47,610 nucleotides of DNA from Pseudoxanthomonas sp. (lineage in GTDB: Bacteria > Pseudomonadota > Gammaproteobacteria > Xanthomonadales > Xanthomonadaceae), in contig JBOHXX010000001.1 of assembly GCA_050737675.1 (NCBI GenBank), forward strand, positions 1 through 47,610. The letters run 5' to 3'. The notes under the pieces were generated by a model. The model searched no databases. It was not told where the DNA came from and was given only the letters and a program-made list of their open reading frames with translations. Below, in pieces: positions 1 to 8,388 of the stretch. How positions within the stretch are numbered: the first letter of the stretch is position 1; the number at the start of each line of letters is the position of its first letter. Made by a program: the position numbers and the translations under genes.

Positions 1-1600
1 CGGCAAACACCTCTTTGGCCGTATATTCGCCCGCAATGGGGTCCTGCTGATTGGTATTGGCGCTTCCCAGCACGGTCAATGGATCAGGATCGCGCCAGCC
101 GCTTTCTTTGCGGACCTCAATGCCAGAAGCGAACCCGACCCAGCCGGCGGGCAGCTCGAACAGCTGCCCGCTCACATTGGCGGTGAAGCTCTTCTGATCG
201 TTGCCGCCATTGTCTCGCGTCGTATAGAGGATGTAGTCCAGCACATCCTGCGTAATGTCCCCGTAGCCCAAGTAGTCGGCACAGGGAATCGCAGCTCCCG
301 GGGCGTTGCTGCAGAGAGCGGTGTTGAGGGTCTGATCCACCCTGTCGAGATTGGCGACCTTGGTGGAGCCGTCCACACCGGTGTTGCGTCCCCAATTGAT
401 GGCAGCGGACCAGTCCCAGCCAATGCCGAACTTGCCTTCCAAGCCGATCACCGCACGGAAGGTATCGGTTTCTTGATAGAACTCACGCGGACCTGCCTCT
501 TCCAAGCGCCGGCGCTGCAAGAGCAAGTCCTGGCCCGTCGGGTTGGTGGGGTGGTCGGCCGCGATATTGATTGGTCGGTATACGCCCAAGCCACCCGGGG
601 TCGCCAGCTGATCGGATTGACGATTGGTAAACATTAGCTCTGTGAAAAGGCTGACGTCTTCGCTCAAGGAAGTATCGCCAAACAAGCTAAAACTCAAGCG
701 CTTGATCGGGTTGACCGCGTTAAGAGTAGGATTGCCGTTGTAGTTGTGTAACGCTGCGGAATACGGCTCGTAAAAATCGCCGTCTCCATTGGGGTCTTGA
801 TTGAAGTTCACCCGGCTGCCATCGGCGAGCAGGGCTCGTCCGCCGATAGTGGTTGAGCTACCTACGCACTCAAGCCTCCCATCCACCTCACCAAGGCCGC
901 AGGGTGCGCGCGAGGCCATGTTGACCGTCCCTCCCTCGGAATAGCTAAGACCGGCCATCAACGAGCCTCGATCGCTGGTCGTGCCCCATGCCAAATCGAA
1001 AGAGCTCTCTTCACCGTCTCCCTCAAAGGTCTGCCCGTAACGCACGCTGGCTTCGGCACCGTCGTAACCCTTCTTGGTGATGATGTTCACCACGCCGGCC
1101 ACGGCATCGGCACCGTAGATGGCCGATGCGCCATCTTTCAAGACTTCAATTCGTTCAATCAGTGCCACCGGAATGATATTCAGATCGACGGAGCTGTTGG
1201 CACCAGTGCCGCCATTCACCACGCGGCGACCATTGAGAAGCACCAAGGTTCGATTGATACCTAGCCCACGCAAGTTCACCTGGGTTGTGCCATATCCATT
1301 CTCGGCCCAGTAAGCATTGGTTTGACTACCTGCGAAACCTGCCGAGGCAGGAAGACGTTGCAACAAAGTTTCCACCGATGTGGCGCCAGAGCGCTCGATG
1401 GCCTCAGCGTCGACCACTGTTACCGGTCCGACACCAGAAATTTGCAGTCGTTTGATGTGGCTACCCGTGACTTGGACAGTATCCAAGGTCTTGGCTTGAT
1501 CATCCGTGACAGTGGTTTCCTGAGCCTGCGCCGAGCCGACAAAGCCGGCGCACAACAACATACCAACGGCCGCTGCTAGCGGATTGCGTTTGAAAGACAT
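1..1600 (-). CDS. TonB-dependent receptor (TBDR1), 3' end runs off the window; no STN domain
   Basis: Not in the ORF track because no stop falls in the window. Manual translation from ATG 1600 (RBS GGGGAGAG) is open to base 1: signal peptide MSFKRNPLAAAVGMLLCAGFVGSAQA, TonB box DTVQVTGS, plug motifs NLRGLGINRTLVLLNGRR and ERIEVLKDGASAIYGADAVAGVVNII. Confidence 0.93.
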   Translation of the reverse strand, partial: MSFKRNPLAAAVGMLLCAGFVGSAQAQETTVTDDQAKTLDTVQVTGSHIKRLQISGVGPVTVVDAEAIERSGATSVETLLQRLPASAGFAGSQTNAYWAENGYGTTQVNLRGLGINRTLVLLNGRRVVNGGTGANSSVDLNIIPVALIERIEVLKDGASAIYGADAVAGVVNIITKKGYDGAEASVRYGQTFEGDGEESSFDLAWGTTSDRGSLMAGLSYSEGGTVNMASRAPCGLGEVDGRLECVGSSTTIGGRALLADGSRVNFNQDPNGDGDFYEPYSAALHNYNGNPTLNAVNPIKRLSFSLFGDTSLSEDVSLFTELMFTNRQSDQLATPGGLGVYRPINIAADHPTNPTGQDLLLQRRRLEEAGPREFYQETDTFRAVIGLEGKFGIGWDWSAAINWGRNTGVDGSTKVANLDRVDQTLNTALCSNAPGAAIPCADYLGYGDITQDVLDYILYTTRDNGGNDQKSFTANVSGQLFELPAGWVGFASGIEVRKESGWRDPDPLTVLGSANTNQQDPIAGEYTAKEVFA

Positions 1601-1686
1601 GGGTTCTCTCCCCGATTGGGTTTGACTTGTTCAGGTTGAGTCCTGACGCCGAAGGCTCGCAGAGCTGAAGACGATCACAGGACAGC

Positions 1687-1715
1687 AAAAGCGCGTCGCC
1701 CAACACCGGGCGACG
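1687..1715 (-). terminator. GC-rich hairpin between the CopL-like ORF and TBDR1 (candidate attenuator)
   Basis: Minus strand reads CGTCGCCC-GGTGTT-GGGCGACG followed by CGCTTTT; it starts 8 nt after the CopL-like stop codon. Confidence 0.5.
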
Positions 1716-1723
1716 GAACAAGC

Positions 1724-2134
1724 TCAGCAGATCGGAGGTCGAAAAACCCAGGAAACTTCGGTATGGACAGCTGGCAACAGCGGCGGCGGCAGATAGACCG
1801 ACACTAGCGCATGCTGAGCAGCAAAGAGCGGCGTTGTACGTCCTGGATGGAAGGTGAGCATGCAGCCGCACGCGCAAGACGCACTTGTTCCACAGTCGCA
1901 GTCCTCGTGTTCATCTTGATCCTGTGCGGGCGTAGTTGCCGGCGTGGATGCGGATTCCTTGCGATGGCGTGCATCCGTGTCGCAATCGGACTTTGCCTTT
2001 ATGCCTGCCGCTGCCAAGTTGGTTTGCGAAGCCTGCTTAACCGCCATCCGCGTCGCTGCCCATGCTCCCGTAACTCCGTCGGCGCATAGCGCGAGGATCA
2101 GGAAAATTCGCAGTAAGTGGCGCATTGACGGCAT
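1724..2134 (-). CDS. CopL-like Cys-rich metal-binding/regulatory leader protein (start may be ATG 2125)
   Basis: N-terminal hydrophobic segment LLRIFLILALCADG, Cys cluster HEDCDCGTSASCACGC and C-terminal RPPIC. The architecture matches copL at 22347-22778 (LLRVVLSVTLVLNG...DCCKSSSCNCVC...RPPIG). Confidence 0.8.
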   Translation of the reverse strand: MPSMRHLLRIFLILALCADGVTGAWAATRMAVKQASQTNLAAAGIKAKSDCDTDARHRKESASTPATTPAQDQDEHEDCDCGTSASCACGCMLTFHPGRTTPLFAAQHALVSVYLPPPLLPAVHTEVSWVFRPPIC

Positions 2135-2153
2135 TGGCGGGGGCGAGCCATGG

Positions 2154-2167
2154 GTTGTCTATACAAC
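2154..2167. promoter_or_regulatory. HutC operator candidate 1
   Basis: Near-palindrome GTTGTCTATACAAC resembling the TGTA-N2-TACA HutC box, about 20-30 bp upstream of the CopL-like ORF. Confidence 0.7.
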
Positions 2168-2235
2168 AGCAATAACATGCCAATAATTTGATTGCAACTT
2201 TTTTGTGCGATACAGCATCGAAGTCGTTGGCAGTG

Positions 2236-2249
2236 GTTGTATAGACATG
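2236..2249. promoter_or_regulatory. HutC operator candidate 2
   Basis: GTTGTATAGACATG, an inverted copy of site 1 (12/14 match), 13 bp upstream of the hutC ATG. Confidence 0.7.
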
Positions 2250-2262
2250 CCATGCTAAGAAG

Positions 2263-2988
2263 ATGGACCAGCCCAAACCGCAATACGTAAAGCTCAAGCA
2301 CTACATCTTGCGCCACGTAACCAATGGCGATTGGCCACCGTTGAGCCGCGTTCCCAGTGAACACGACTTCGTCCTAAAGTTCGGTGTCTCACGCATGACC
2401 GTCAATCGTGCACTACGTGAATTGACCGACTCTGGTGTCCTGTCCAGAGTCCAAGGTGTAGGAACCTTTGTCGCCGGACCCAAAGCGGAATCTGCGCTAT
2501 TTGAAGTACGAAGCATCCGCGATGAAATTTCGGCGCGGGGCCAGATCCACAGCGTAAGGGTGCTCACAAGCGAAGCAGTATTGGCCCGGCCAGCGGTTAC
2601 GAATCACTTCGGGTTGGAGCCCGGGACCGAACTGTTCCATACCCGATTACTACACACGGCCAATGGGAAGCCCCTGCAATTGGAAGATCGTTTCGTAAAT
2701 CCAATCTCTGCACCAGGGTATCTGTCCATCGATTTCCAAACTGAAATCCCACATCAGTACCTCATGCGGGTTGCACCATTGGAGCGAACTGAGCATGTGA
2801 TCGATGCAGAAGTAGCCAACAAACGTCTGTGTGCGCAACTGGAGATCGCGGAGAGCGATCCTGTCCTTGTGCTGACCCGCCGCACCTGGTCCAGAGGCCA
2901 CGTTGCCAGTTATGTCCGCCTTACCTATCCCGCCTCGCGCTACCGCTTCGTCGGTTCGTTTCAGGTGGGTAGCTCACCTACTTCATAG
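2263..2988 (+). CDS. hutC: Histidine utilisation repressor (GntR HTH + UTRA)
   Basis: PSEHDFVLKFGVSRMTVNRALRELT...QGVGTFV GntR HTH; UTRA domain with QLEDRFVN and RRTWS; first gene of the hut operon. Confidence 0.93.
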   Translation: MDQPKPQYVKLKHYILRHVTNGDWPPLSRVPSEHDFVLKFGVSRMTVNRALRELTDSGVLSRVQGVGTFVAGPKAESALFEVRSIRDEISARGQIHSVRVLTSEAVLARPAVTNHFGLEPGTELFHTRLLHTANGKPLQLEDRFVNPISAPGYLSIDFQTEIPHQYLMRVAPLERTEHVIDAEVANKRLCAQLEIAESDPVLVLTRRTWSRGHVASYVRLTYPASRYRFVGSFQVGSSPTS

Positions 2989-2997
2989 GAAAACTCC

Positions 2998-4692
2998 ATG
3001 GTCACCCCAGCACCGGCCTTAGCGTCCGGCGCGCGCACCGTGCGTGCTCCGCGTGGCACCCATCTGCATTGCAAAAGCTGGCTAACTGAAGCGGCTTATC
3101 GGATGCTTCAGAACAATTTGGACCCAGAGGTAGCCGAACGTCCGGGTGATCTGGTGGTCTACGGCGGTATTGGGCGCGCGGCGCGCAACTGGGAATGCTT
3201 TGACCGCATTCTGGAAGCATTGCGTGATCTGGGAGATGACGAATCGCTTTTGATCCAGTCAGGCAAACCGGTTGGGGTGTTTCGCACCCATACCGACGCA
3301 CCGCGGGTCCTGATAGCGAATTCCAACTTGGTGCCCCATTGGGCGACTTGGGAACATTTCAACGAACTCGATAAGAAGGGTTTGATGATGTATGGCCAGA
3401 TGACGGCCGGCTCCTGGATTTATATTGGTTCGCAAGGCATCGTCCAAGGTACCTACGAAACCTTTGTCGAGCTGGGGCGCCAGCATTACGGCGGCGATTG
3501 GTCCGGCAAATGGATCCTGACGGCCGGTCTGGGTGGAATGGGCGGCGCGCAAGCGCTAGCAGCCACTCTGGCAGGCGCCAGCAGCATCGTTATCGAGTGT
3601 CAGGAATCGCGTATCGACTTTCGTATACGCACGCGCTATGTGGACTATAAGGCCCATAGCATCGAGCAGGCCTTGGACATCATCCAAAACGCCAACGAGC
3701 CGGTTTCGGTAGGGCTTGTTGGCAACGCTGCTGAGTTGTTACCGCGTTTCGTCGAACTTGCACGGCGAGGGGTTGCGCGGCCTCACGCAGTCACCGATCA
3801 GACTTCCGCTCACGACCTTATCAACGGCTATCTGCCGATGGGGTGGAACGTTGCCGAGTGGGAAGTCGCACGTGATGGCACCGATAGTCAGCGCAAGGCC
3901 CTGGTGGATGCTGCCGGTCAGTCCTGTGTGGCTCACGTTCGCGCAATGCTCGATTTTCACCGGATGGGCGTTCCCACCATCGACTACGGCAACAATATCC
4001 GGCAGGTCGCGCTTGACCGAGGCGTGGCCGATGCTTTCGATTTCCCAGGTTTCGTTCCGGCGTGCATCAGACCTTTGTTTTGCCGGGGTATGGGGCCATT
4101 CCGCTGGGTCGCCCTCAGCGGTGATCCAGAAGACATCTACAAAACGGACCAAAAGGTTAAGGAACTTTTCCCAGATAACGCACCTTTGCATCGGTGGCTA
4201 GACCAAGCTCGCGAGCGGATCGCCTTCCAAGGGCTACCGGCGAGGATCTGCTGGCTGGGCCTGGGAGAGAGGCATCGCGCAGCACTTGCCTTCAACGAGA
4301 TGGTGCGCAACGGCGAACTCAAAGCACCCATCGTCATTGGCCGCGATCATCTTGACTGCGGGTCAGTAGCGAGCCCGAATCGGGAAACAGAGGCGATGCT
4401 CGATGGGTCCGATGCCGTCTCCGATTGGCCGTTGCTTAATGCACTGCTCGCCACCTCAGGTGGCGCGACATGGGTAAGCCTGCATCACGGCGGTGGCGTC
4501 GGGATGGGGTTCTCTCAGCATTCTGGTGTGGTCATTGTTTGCGACGGCAGCGAAGCGGCAGATAAGCGGCTGGCTCGTGTCCTGTGGAATGACCCTGCAA
4601 CCGGAGTGATGCGACATGCCGATGCGGGCTACGAGCTCGCCAAAGAGTGCGCGCGGACCCACGGACTCAATCTTCCCTCCATAACCGGATAA
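2998..4692 (+). CDS. hutU: Urocanate hydratase
   Basis: Hallmark motifs [57 protein letters not shown] and [11 protein letters not shown]. Confidence 0.98.
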   Translation: MVTPAPALASGARTVRAPRGTHLHCKSWLTEAAYRMLQNNLDPEVAERPGDLVVYGGIGRAARNWECFDRILEALRDLGDDESLLIQSGKPVGVFRTHTDAPRVLIANSNLVPHWATWEHFNELDKKGLMMYGQMTAGSWIYIGSQGIVQGTYETFVELGRQHYGGDWSGKWILTAGLGGMGGAQALAATLAGASSIVIECQESRIDFRIRTRYVDYKAHSIEQALDIIQNANEPVSVGLVGNAAELLPRFVELARRGVARPHAVTDQTSAHDLINGYLPMGWNVAEWEVARDGTDSQRKALVDAAGQSCVAHVRAMLDFHRMGVPTIDYGNNIRQVALDRGVADAFDFPGFVPACIRPLFCRGMGPFRWVALSGDPEDIYKTDQKVKELFPDNAPLHRWLDQARERIAFQGLPARICWLGLGERHRAALAFNEMVRNGELKAPIVIGRDHLDCGSVASPNRETEAMLDGSDAVSDWPLLNALLATSGGATWVSLHHGGGVGMGFSQHSGVVIVCDGSEAADKRLARVLWNDPATGVMRHADAGYELAKECARTHGLNLPSITG

Positions 4693-4699
4693 GACCCGC

Positions 4700-6220
4700 A
4701 TGCTCACCCTCGCCCCCGGAAAGTTGAGCTTTTCCCAGCTCCGCTTGATTGCAGAAAGATTTGAGCCGATCCAGCTGGATGAAAGCTGCAGACCTGGCGT
4801 CAAGGCCTGTGCGGAAGCAGTTCACAAGATTGTCGCCGCTGGCCAGCCGGCATACGGGATCAACACCGGTTTTGGGAAGCTCGCAAAGATCCACATCCCT
4901 GTCGAGCAACTCGAACAACTGCAAACAAATCTCGTGCGATCGCATGCAGCGGGCATGGGCCCGTTGCTCGAAGATGCCTCAGTGCGACTTATCCTTGCTT
5001 TGAAAATCAGTTCACTCGCTCGCGGCTACTCAGGTGTGCGGCCAGAGTTGCTAGACAGTTTGGTCAACCTGTACAACGCACAAATTTGGCCTTGTATCCC
5101 GGCGCAAGGCTCGGTTGGTGCCTCGGGTGATCTGGCGCCCCTCGCCCATCTGGCCTTGGCTGCGATGGGCGAAGGCCAAGCGCGCATGCATGGCGAGGAG
5201 CTACCTGCAGCTGAGGCGCTTCGTCGGGCAGGGCTTGCGCCAATTCGCCTGGCAGCCAAAGAAGGTCTGGCTCTTCTCAACGGCACACAGGTTTCTGCCG
5301 GCATCGCGCTGATGGCTCTTTTCGCTGCCGAGCAGGTATTCGCCGCAGCCGTGGTAACCGGCGCTTTGAGTGTGGATGCAGCCTGTGGGTCGGACGCGCC
5401 GTTCGACCCTCGTATCCATGAAGTACGCGGACAACCCGGGCAGATCGAAGTGGCCGAGGTCTATCGCCGCTTGCTTGCGGGAAGCGCCATCCGTGAGTCG
5501 CACCGGCACAACGACAACCGCGTGCAAGACCCCTACAGCCTTCGCTGCCAGCCTCAAGTGATGGGGGCGTGCCGGGATCAACTTGCCCAAGCTGCGAGGA
5601 CACTATTGATAGAGGCCAATGCGGTCTCTGATAATCCCTTGATCTTCGCCGACACAGGTGAGGTGATTTCAGGTGGCAACTTCCACGCAGAGCCTGTTGC
5701 CCTATGTGCGGATCAGATTGCCATTGCCACCGCCGAAATTGGGGCACTGTCCGAACGCCGCATCGCATTGCTGATAGACGCCAGCATCTCGGGCCTGCCA
5801 CCCTTCCTGGTGGCTGAGCCTGGACTTAACTCCGGCTTCATGATCGCTCACGTAACCGCAGCCGCCTTAGCCAGTGAGAACAAAACGCTGGCGCATCCGG
5901 CCAGCGTCGACTCGTTGCCGACCTCAGCAAACCAGGAAGATCACGTAAGTATGGCGACCTTTGCCGCTCGGAAAGCACTCAATGTCGCGGACAATGTGCG
6001 GCGGATCGTTGCTATTGAGTTGTTGGCGGCCTGCCAAGGTCTCGACTTTCGCCATCCCCTACTCTCTTCCTCAGCGCTTGAGGCCGTTAGGAAATGTGTT
6101 CGCGAGATCGTCCCTCATTATGGGGAAGATCGCTACTTAGCCCCTGATATGCAGAAGGCCGAGGCCCTGATATCCATTGGGAAGCTGGATCAGTTTCTAT
6201 CACTCCCCTTGGAACACTAG
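4700..6220 (+). CDS. hutH: Histidine ammonia-lyase
   Basis: [11 protein letters not shown]-forming [30 protein letters not shown] and ANQEDHVSM. Confidence 0.97.
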   Translation: MLTLAPGKLSFSQLRLIAERFEPIQLDESCRPGVKACAEAVHKIVAAGQPAYGINTGFGKLAKIHIPVEQLEQLQTNLVRSHAAGMGPLLEDASVRLILALKISSLARGYSGVRPELLDSLVNLYNAQIWPCIPAQGSVGASGDLAPLAHLALAAMGEGQARMHGEELPAAEALRRAGLAPIRLAAKEGLALLNGTQVSAGIALMALFAAEQVFAAAVVTGALSVDAACGSDAPFDPRIHEVRGQPGQIEVAEVYRRLLAGSAIRESHRHNDNRVQDPYSLRCQPQVMGACRDQLAQAARTLLIEANAVSDNPLIFADTGEVISGGNFHAEPVALCADQIAIATAEIGALSERRIALLIDASISGLPPFLVAEPGLNSGFMIAHVTAAALASENKTLAHPASVDSLPTSANQEDHVSMATFAARKALNVADNVRRIVAIELLAACQGLDFRHPLLSSSALEAVRKCVREIVPHYGEDRYLAPDMQKAEALISIGKLDQFLSLPLEH

Positions 6221-6222
6221 CT

Positions 6223-7188
6223 TTGATGCCCTTGGGATGGACGGGGCGGGTCGATCCCGAAACCAAGGGCGATTCCCGCCGTTGGCATCAGGTTATCCAG
6301 CCCTTAGGAATTCACGGCGCGCCCGGCACCGCCATCTTGGGCTTTGCGTGCGATGAGGGCGTCCGCAGAAATGGTGGGCGTGTGGGTGCAGCTGTGGGCC
6401 CTTCTGCGCTGCGCAAGATGATGTCCAATCTACCAGTCCTCGATGCCGCGCCCCTCTATGACTGCGGAGACGTGCACTGCCTGGATGGCGACCTAGAAGG
6501 GGCGCAGTCGCGCTTTTCCTCTTGTGTCTGCCGCCTCTTGGACGCCGGACACTTGGTGGTGGGATTGGGTGGCGGTCATGAGATTGCGTATGCAAGCTAC
6601 CTCGGCTTGACCCAGCACTTGCGACAATCCAGACCGCGTGTGGCAATCGTTAATCTTGATGCACACTTCGATCTGAGAGAACAAGAGCTTGCGAGTTCGG
6701 GAACTTCCTTTCTCCAAGCCTTGCGCCACGCAAGCACAATCGGCTTACCTTTGGATTACATTTGCCTTGGAGTAAGCGCCTCAGCCAACACCAGAAGCTT
6801 GTTCTCAGCCGCACAAGCATACGGCGTGCATTACTATCGCGATGACCAGTTGAGCCTCCTTGAGCTCAATGAGCGAGTCGAAGAATTACTCTCCTGGTTG
6901 GCCGATGCAGATGTCATCTATCTGACCGTGTGCTTGGATGTTCTACCCGCTGCAACCGCCCCAGGCGTGAGTGCCCCCAGCGCTCGCGGAGTGAGCCAAG
7001 AAGCGCTCGAGTTACTGCTAGATGCGATAGTTACCACTGGAAAAGTTCTATTGCTGGATGTCGCAGAACTGTCACCCCCCAACGATAGGAATGATGAAAC
7101 TGCGCGTGTGGCAGCCCGTTTAATCCACAGAATTACCAGTGGTATACGAAAGGTTGGCATCGAGCAGGATGACGGATCGTCCGCATAA
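6223..7188 (+). CDS. hutG: Formimidoylglutamase (arginase family)
   Basis: WTGRVD, DEGVRRNGGRVGA, GGGHEIAY, NLDAHFD and LDVLPAATAPGVSAP; follows hutH. Confidence 0.92.
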   Translation: MMPLGWTGRVDPETKGDSRRWHQVIQPLGIHGAPGTAILGFACDEGVRRNGGRVGAAVGPSALRKMMSNLPVLDAAPLYDCGDVHCLDGDLEGAQSRFSSCVCRLLDAGHLVVGLGGGHEIAYASYLGLTQHLRQSRPRVAIVNLDAHFDLREQELASSGTSFLQALRHASTIGLPLDYICLGVSASANTRSLFSAAQAYGVHYYRDDQLSLLELNERVEELLSWLADADVIYLTVCLDVLPAATAPGVSAPSARGVSQEALELLLDAIVTTGKVLLLDVAELSPPNDRNDETARVAARLIHRITSGIRKVGIEQDDGSSA

Positions 7189-7242
7189 TCCACCCACCTC
7201 CTGGTTTAGACCTTTTTTGGCATGCTGCAACGGGTCCAGAGC

Positions 7243-7377
7243 TTAGAGGCTGTCGCGATAGCGCTTGGGGCTGATCGACAGACCGCCGAACATCGAGATT
7301 CCGGCATGGTTGTAGCGGTAGTGAATGACCGAGGTCTGACCGCCGCCGCTATCGATGCTGATGATTCCGGCGGCGCT
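7243..7377 (-). pseudogene. Possible 3' relic of an unidentified gene
   Basis: 44 sense codons (SAAGIISIDSGGGQTSVIHYRYNHAGISMFGGLSISPKRYRDSL*), 36 of them ending in G/C, with an in-frame TAG immediately upstream. Confidence 0.3.
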
Positions 7378-7463
7378 CTATCTGGTGGGCGACGCGAGCT
7401 GCCCGCATCTCGAAACGAGGAATCTGCCAATGGAGTGGGAGACCCTGAAGTCAACTTCTATAG

Positions 7464-7496
7464 AAAAAGCCAGTCATGCAAGAAGACATGACTGGC
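7464..7496 (-). terminator. Rho-independent terminator of the TBDR2-DUF4198 transcript
   Basis: GCCAGTCATG-N8-CATGACTGGC 10-bp stem followed by TTTTT on the minus strand. Confidence 0.8.
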
Positions 7497-7527
7497 GTTA
7501 AAGGAGAGAGAACCGCTGACGTGCCTA

Positions 7528-8358
7528 TCAGTGCCCGTCGTGCTTCAGGATTTCGAAGGTCAGTGATGCCCGATCGGAGATGAAATCCAGGCCCTTCTGA
7601 GTGGATGGCACCATGTGGTTGGCATGGATGTACCAGGTCTTCGCCGTGGTCACATCGAAGCTCGCTTGACCCTGGACATTGGTACGCAGCAATGTCGCGC
7701 TGCCATGGCCGCCTTTTGTCGGCGCATCAGCGCGATGCCCCACGTAGGCGCGCAAGTTGGGCACGGGCTTACCGTCATGCAATACCTGGAAAGTAAGCTT
7801 CTCGCCCACCTTCACGTCGCCAGGGTTGCGCAGCAACCGGATCTCCAGCGGATAAGCCAGGGAAGCGGAATAGTCGTCAGTCAGCTTCGCTCCCGCTTGT
7901 CCGATGGCGCGCGCATGCTTGGTATAGCTGTACGTGACGCCCTTGGGATACTTCTTGGCGTCATAGGTGGCCAACGTATCAGGCAGATCTTCCAGTTCCA
8001 GATACGTGCCGAATTCGCGGGCCGTGCGCGTGCTGGTGGAGGCCATGGTGGAGATGCCCAGCAGATAGGTGCCCTCGCCTGCGGGCTGCACTGTCAGCTG
8101 GCTAAGCTTGCCTATCTCCTTCCAGGTGGCCAGATCAGGCTTGACCATGGCGCCGCCCTGATACAGAGACACATCGTGTAGCCGTGCCCTCGTAACGGCA
8201 CCTGCGCTCTCATCGAAAGTACCGTTACTGACGACGGCGGTATTGGCTTCTCCACTTCCCGCGGAAGATTGTGCGAAGGAGACGAAAAGTTCGTGGGCAG
8301 CCGCACTGCTCGCGAATGCCATGAATAAAAGGACAGCTGTGGCTCGTGTTGCTTTCAT
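7528..8358 (-). CDS. DUF4198 family periplasmic protein (putative metal-binding; family linked to Ni/Co uptake)
   Basis: Signal peptide ending AAA followed by HELFV (mature N-terminal His), SNGTFD, LEIRLLRNP, RTNVQGQASF, WYIHANHM and ASLTFE; C-terminal KHDGH. Confidence 0.8.
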   Translation of the reverse strand: MKATRATAVLLFMAFASSAAAHELFVSFAQSSAGSGEANTAVVSNGTFDESAGAVTRARLHDVSLYQGGAMVKPDLATWKEIGKLSQLTVQPAGEGTYLLGISTMASTSTRTAREFGTYLELEDLPDTLATYDAKKYPKGVTYSYTKHARAIGQAGAKLTDDYSASLAYPLEIRLLRNPGDVKVGEKLTFQVLHDGKPVPNLRAYVGHRADAPTKGGHGSATLLRTNVQGQASFDVTTAKTWYIHANHMVPSTQKGLDFISDRASLTFEILKHDGH

Positions 8359-8388
8359 GAAGTGTGTTCTCCTTGGATGGAATGCCGC

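Noticed and set aside
7222..7491. 89-aa plus-strand ORF after hutG (possible hutI fragment)
   Set aside because: No amidohydrolase motifs, and codon bias favours the opposite strand.
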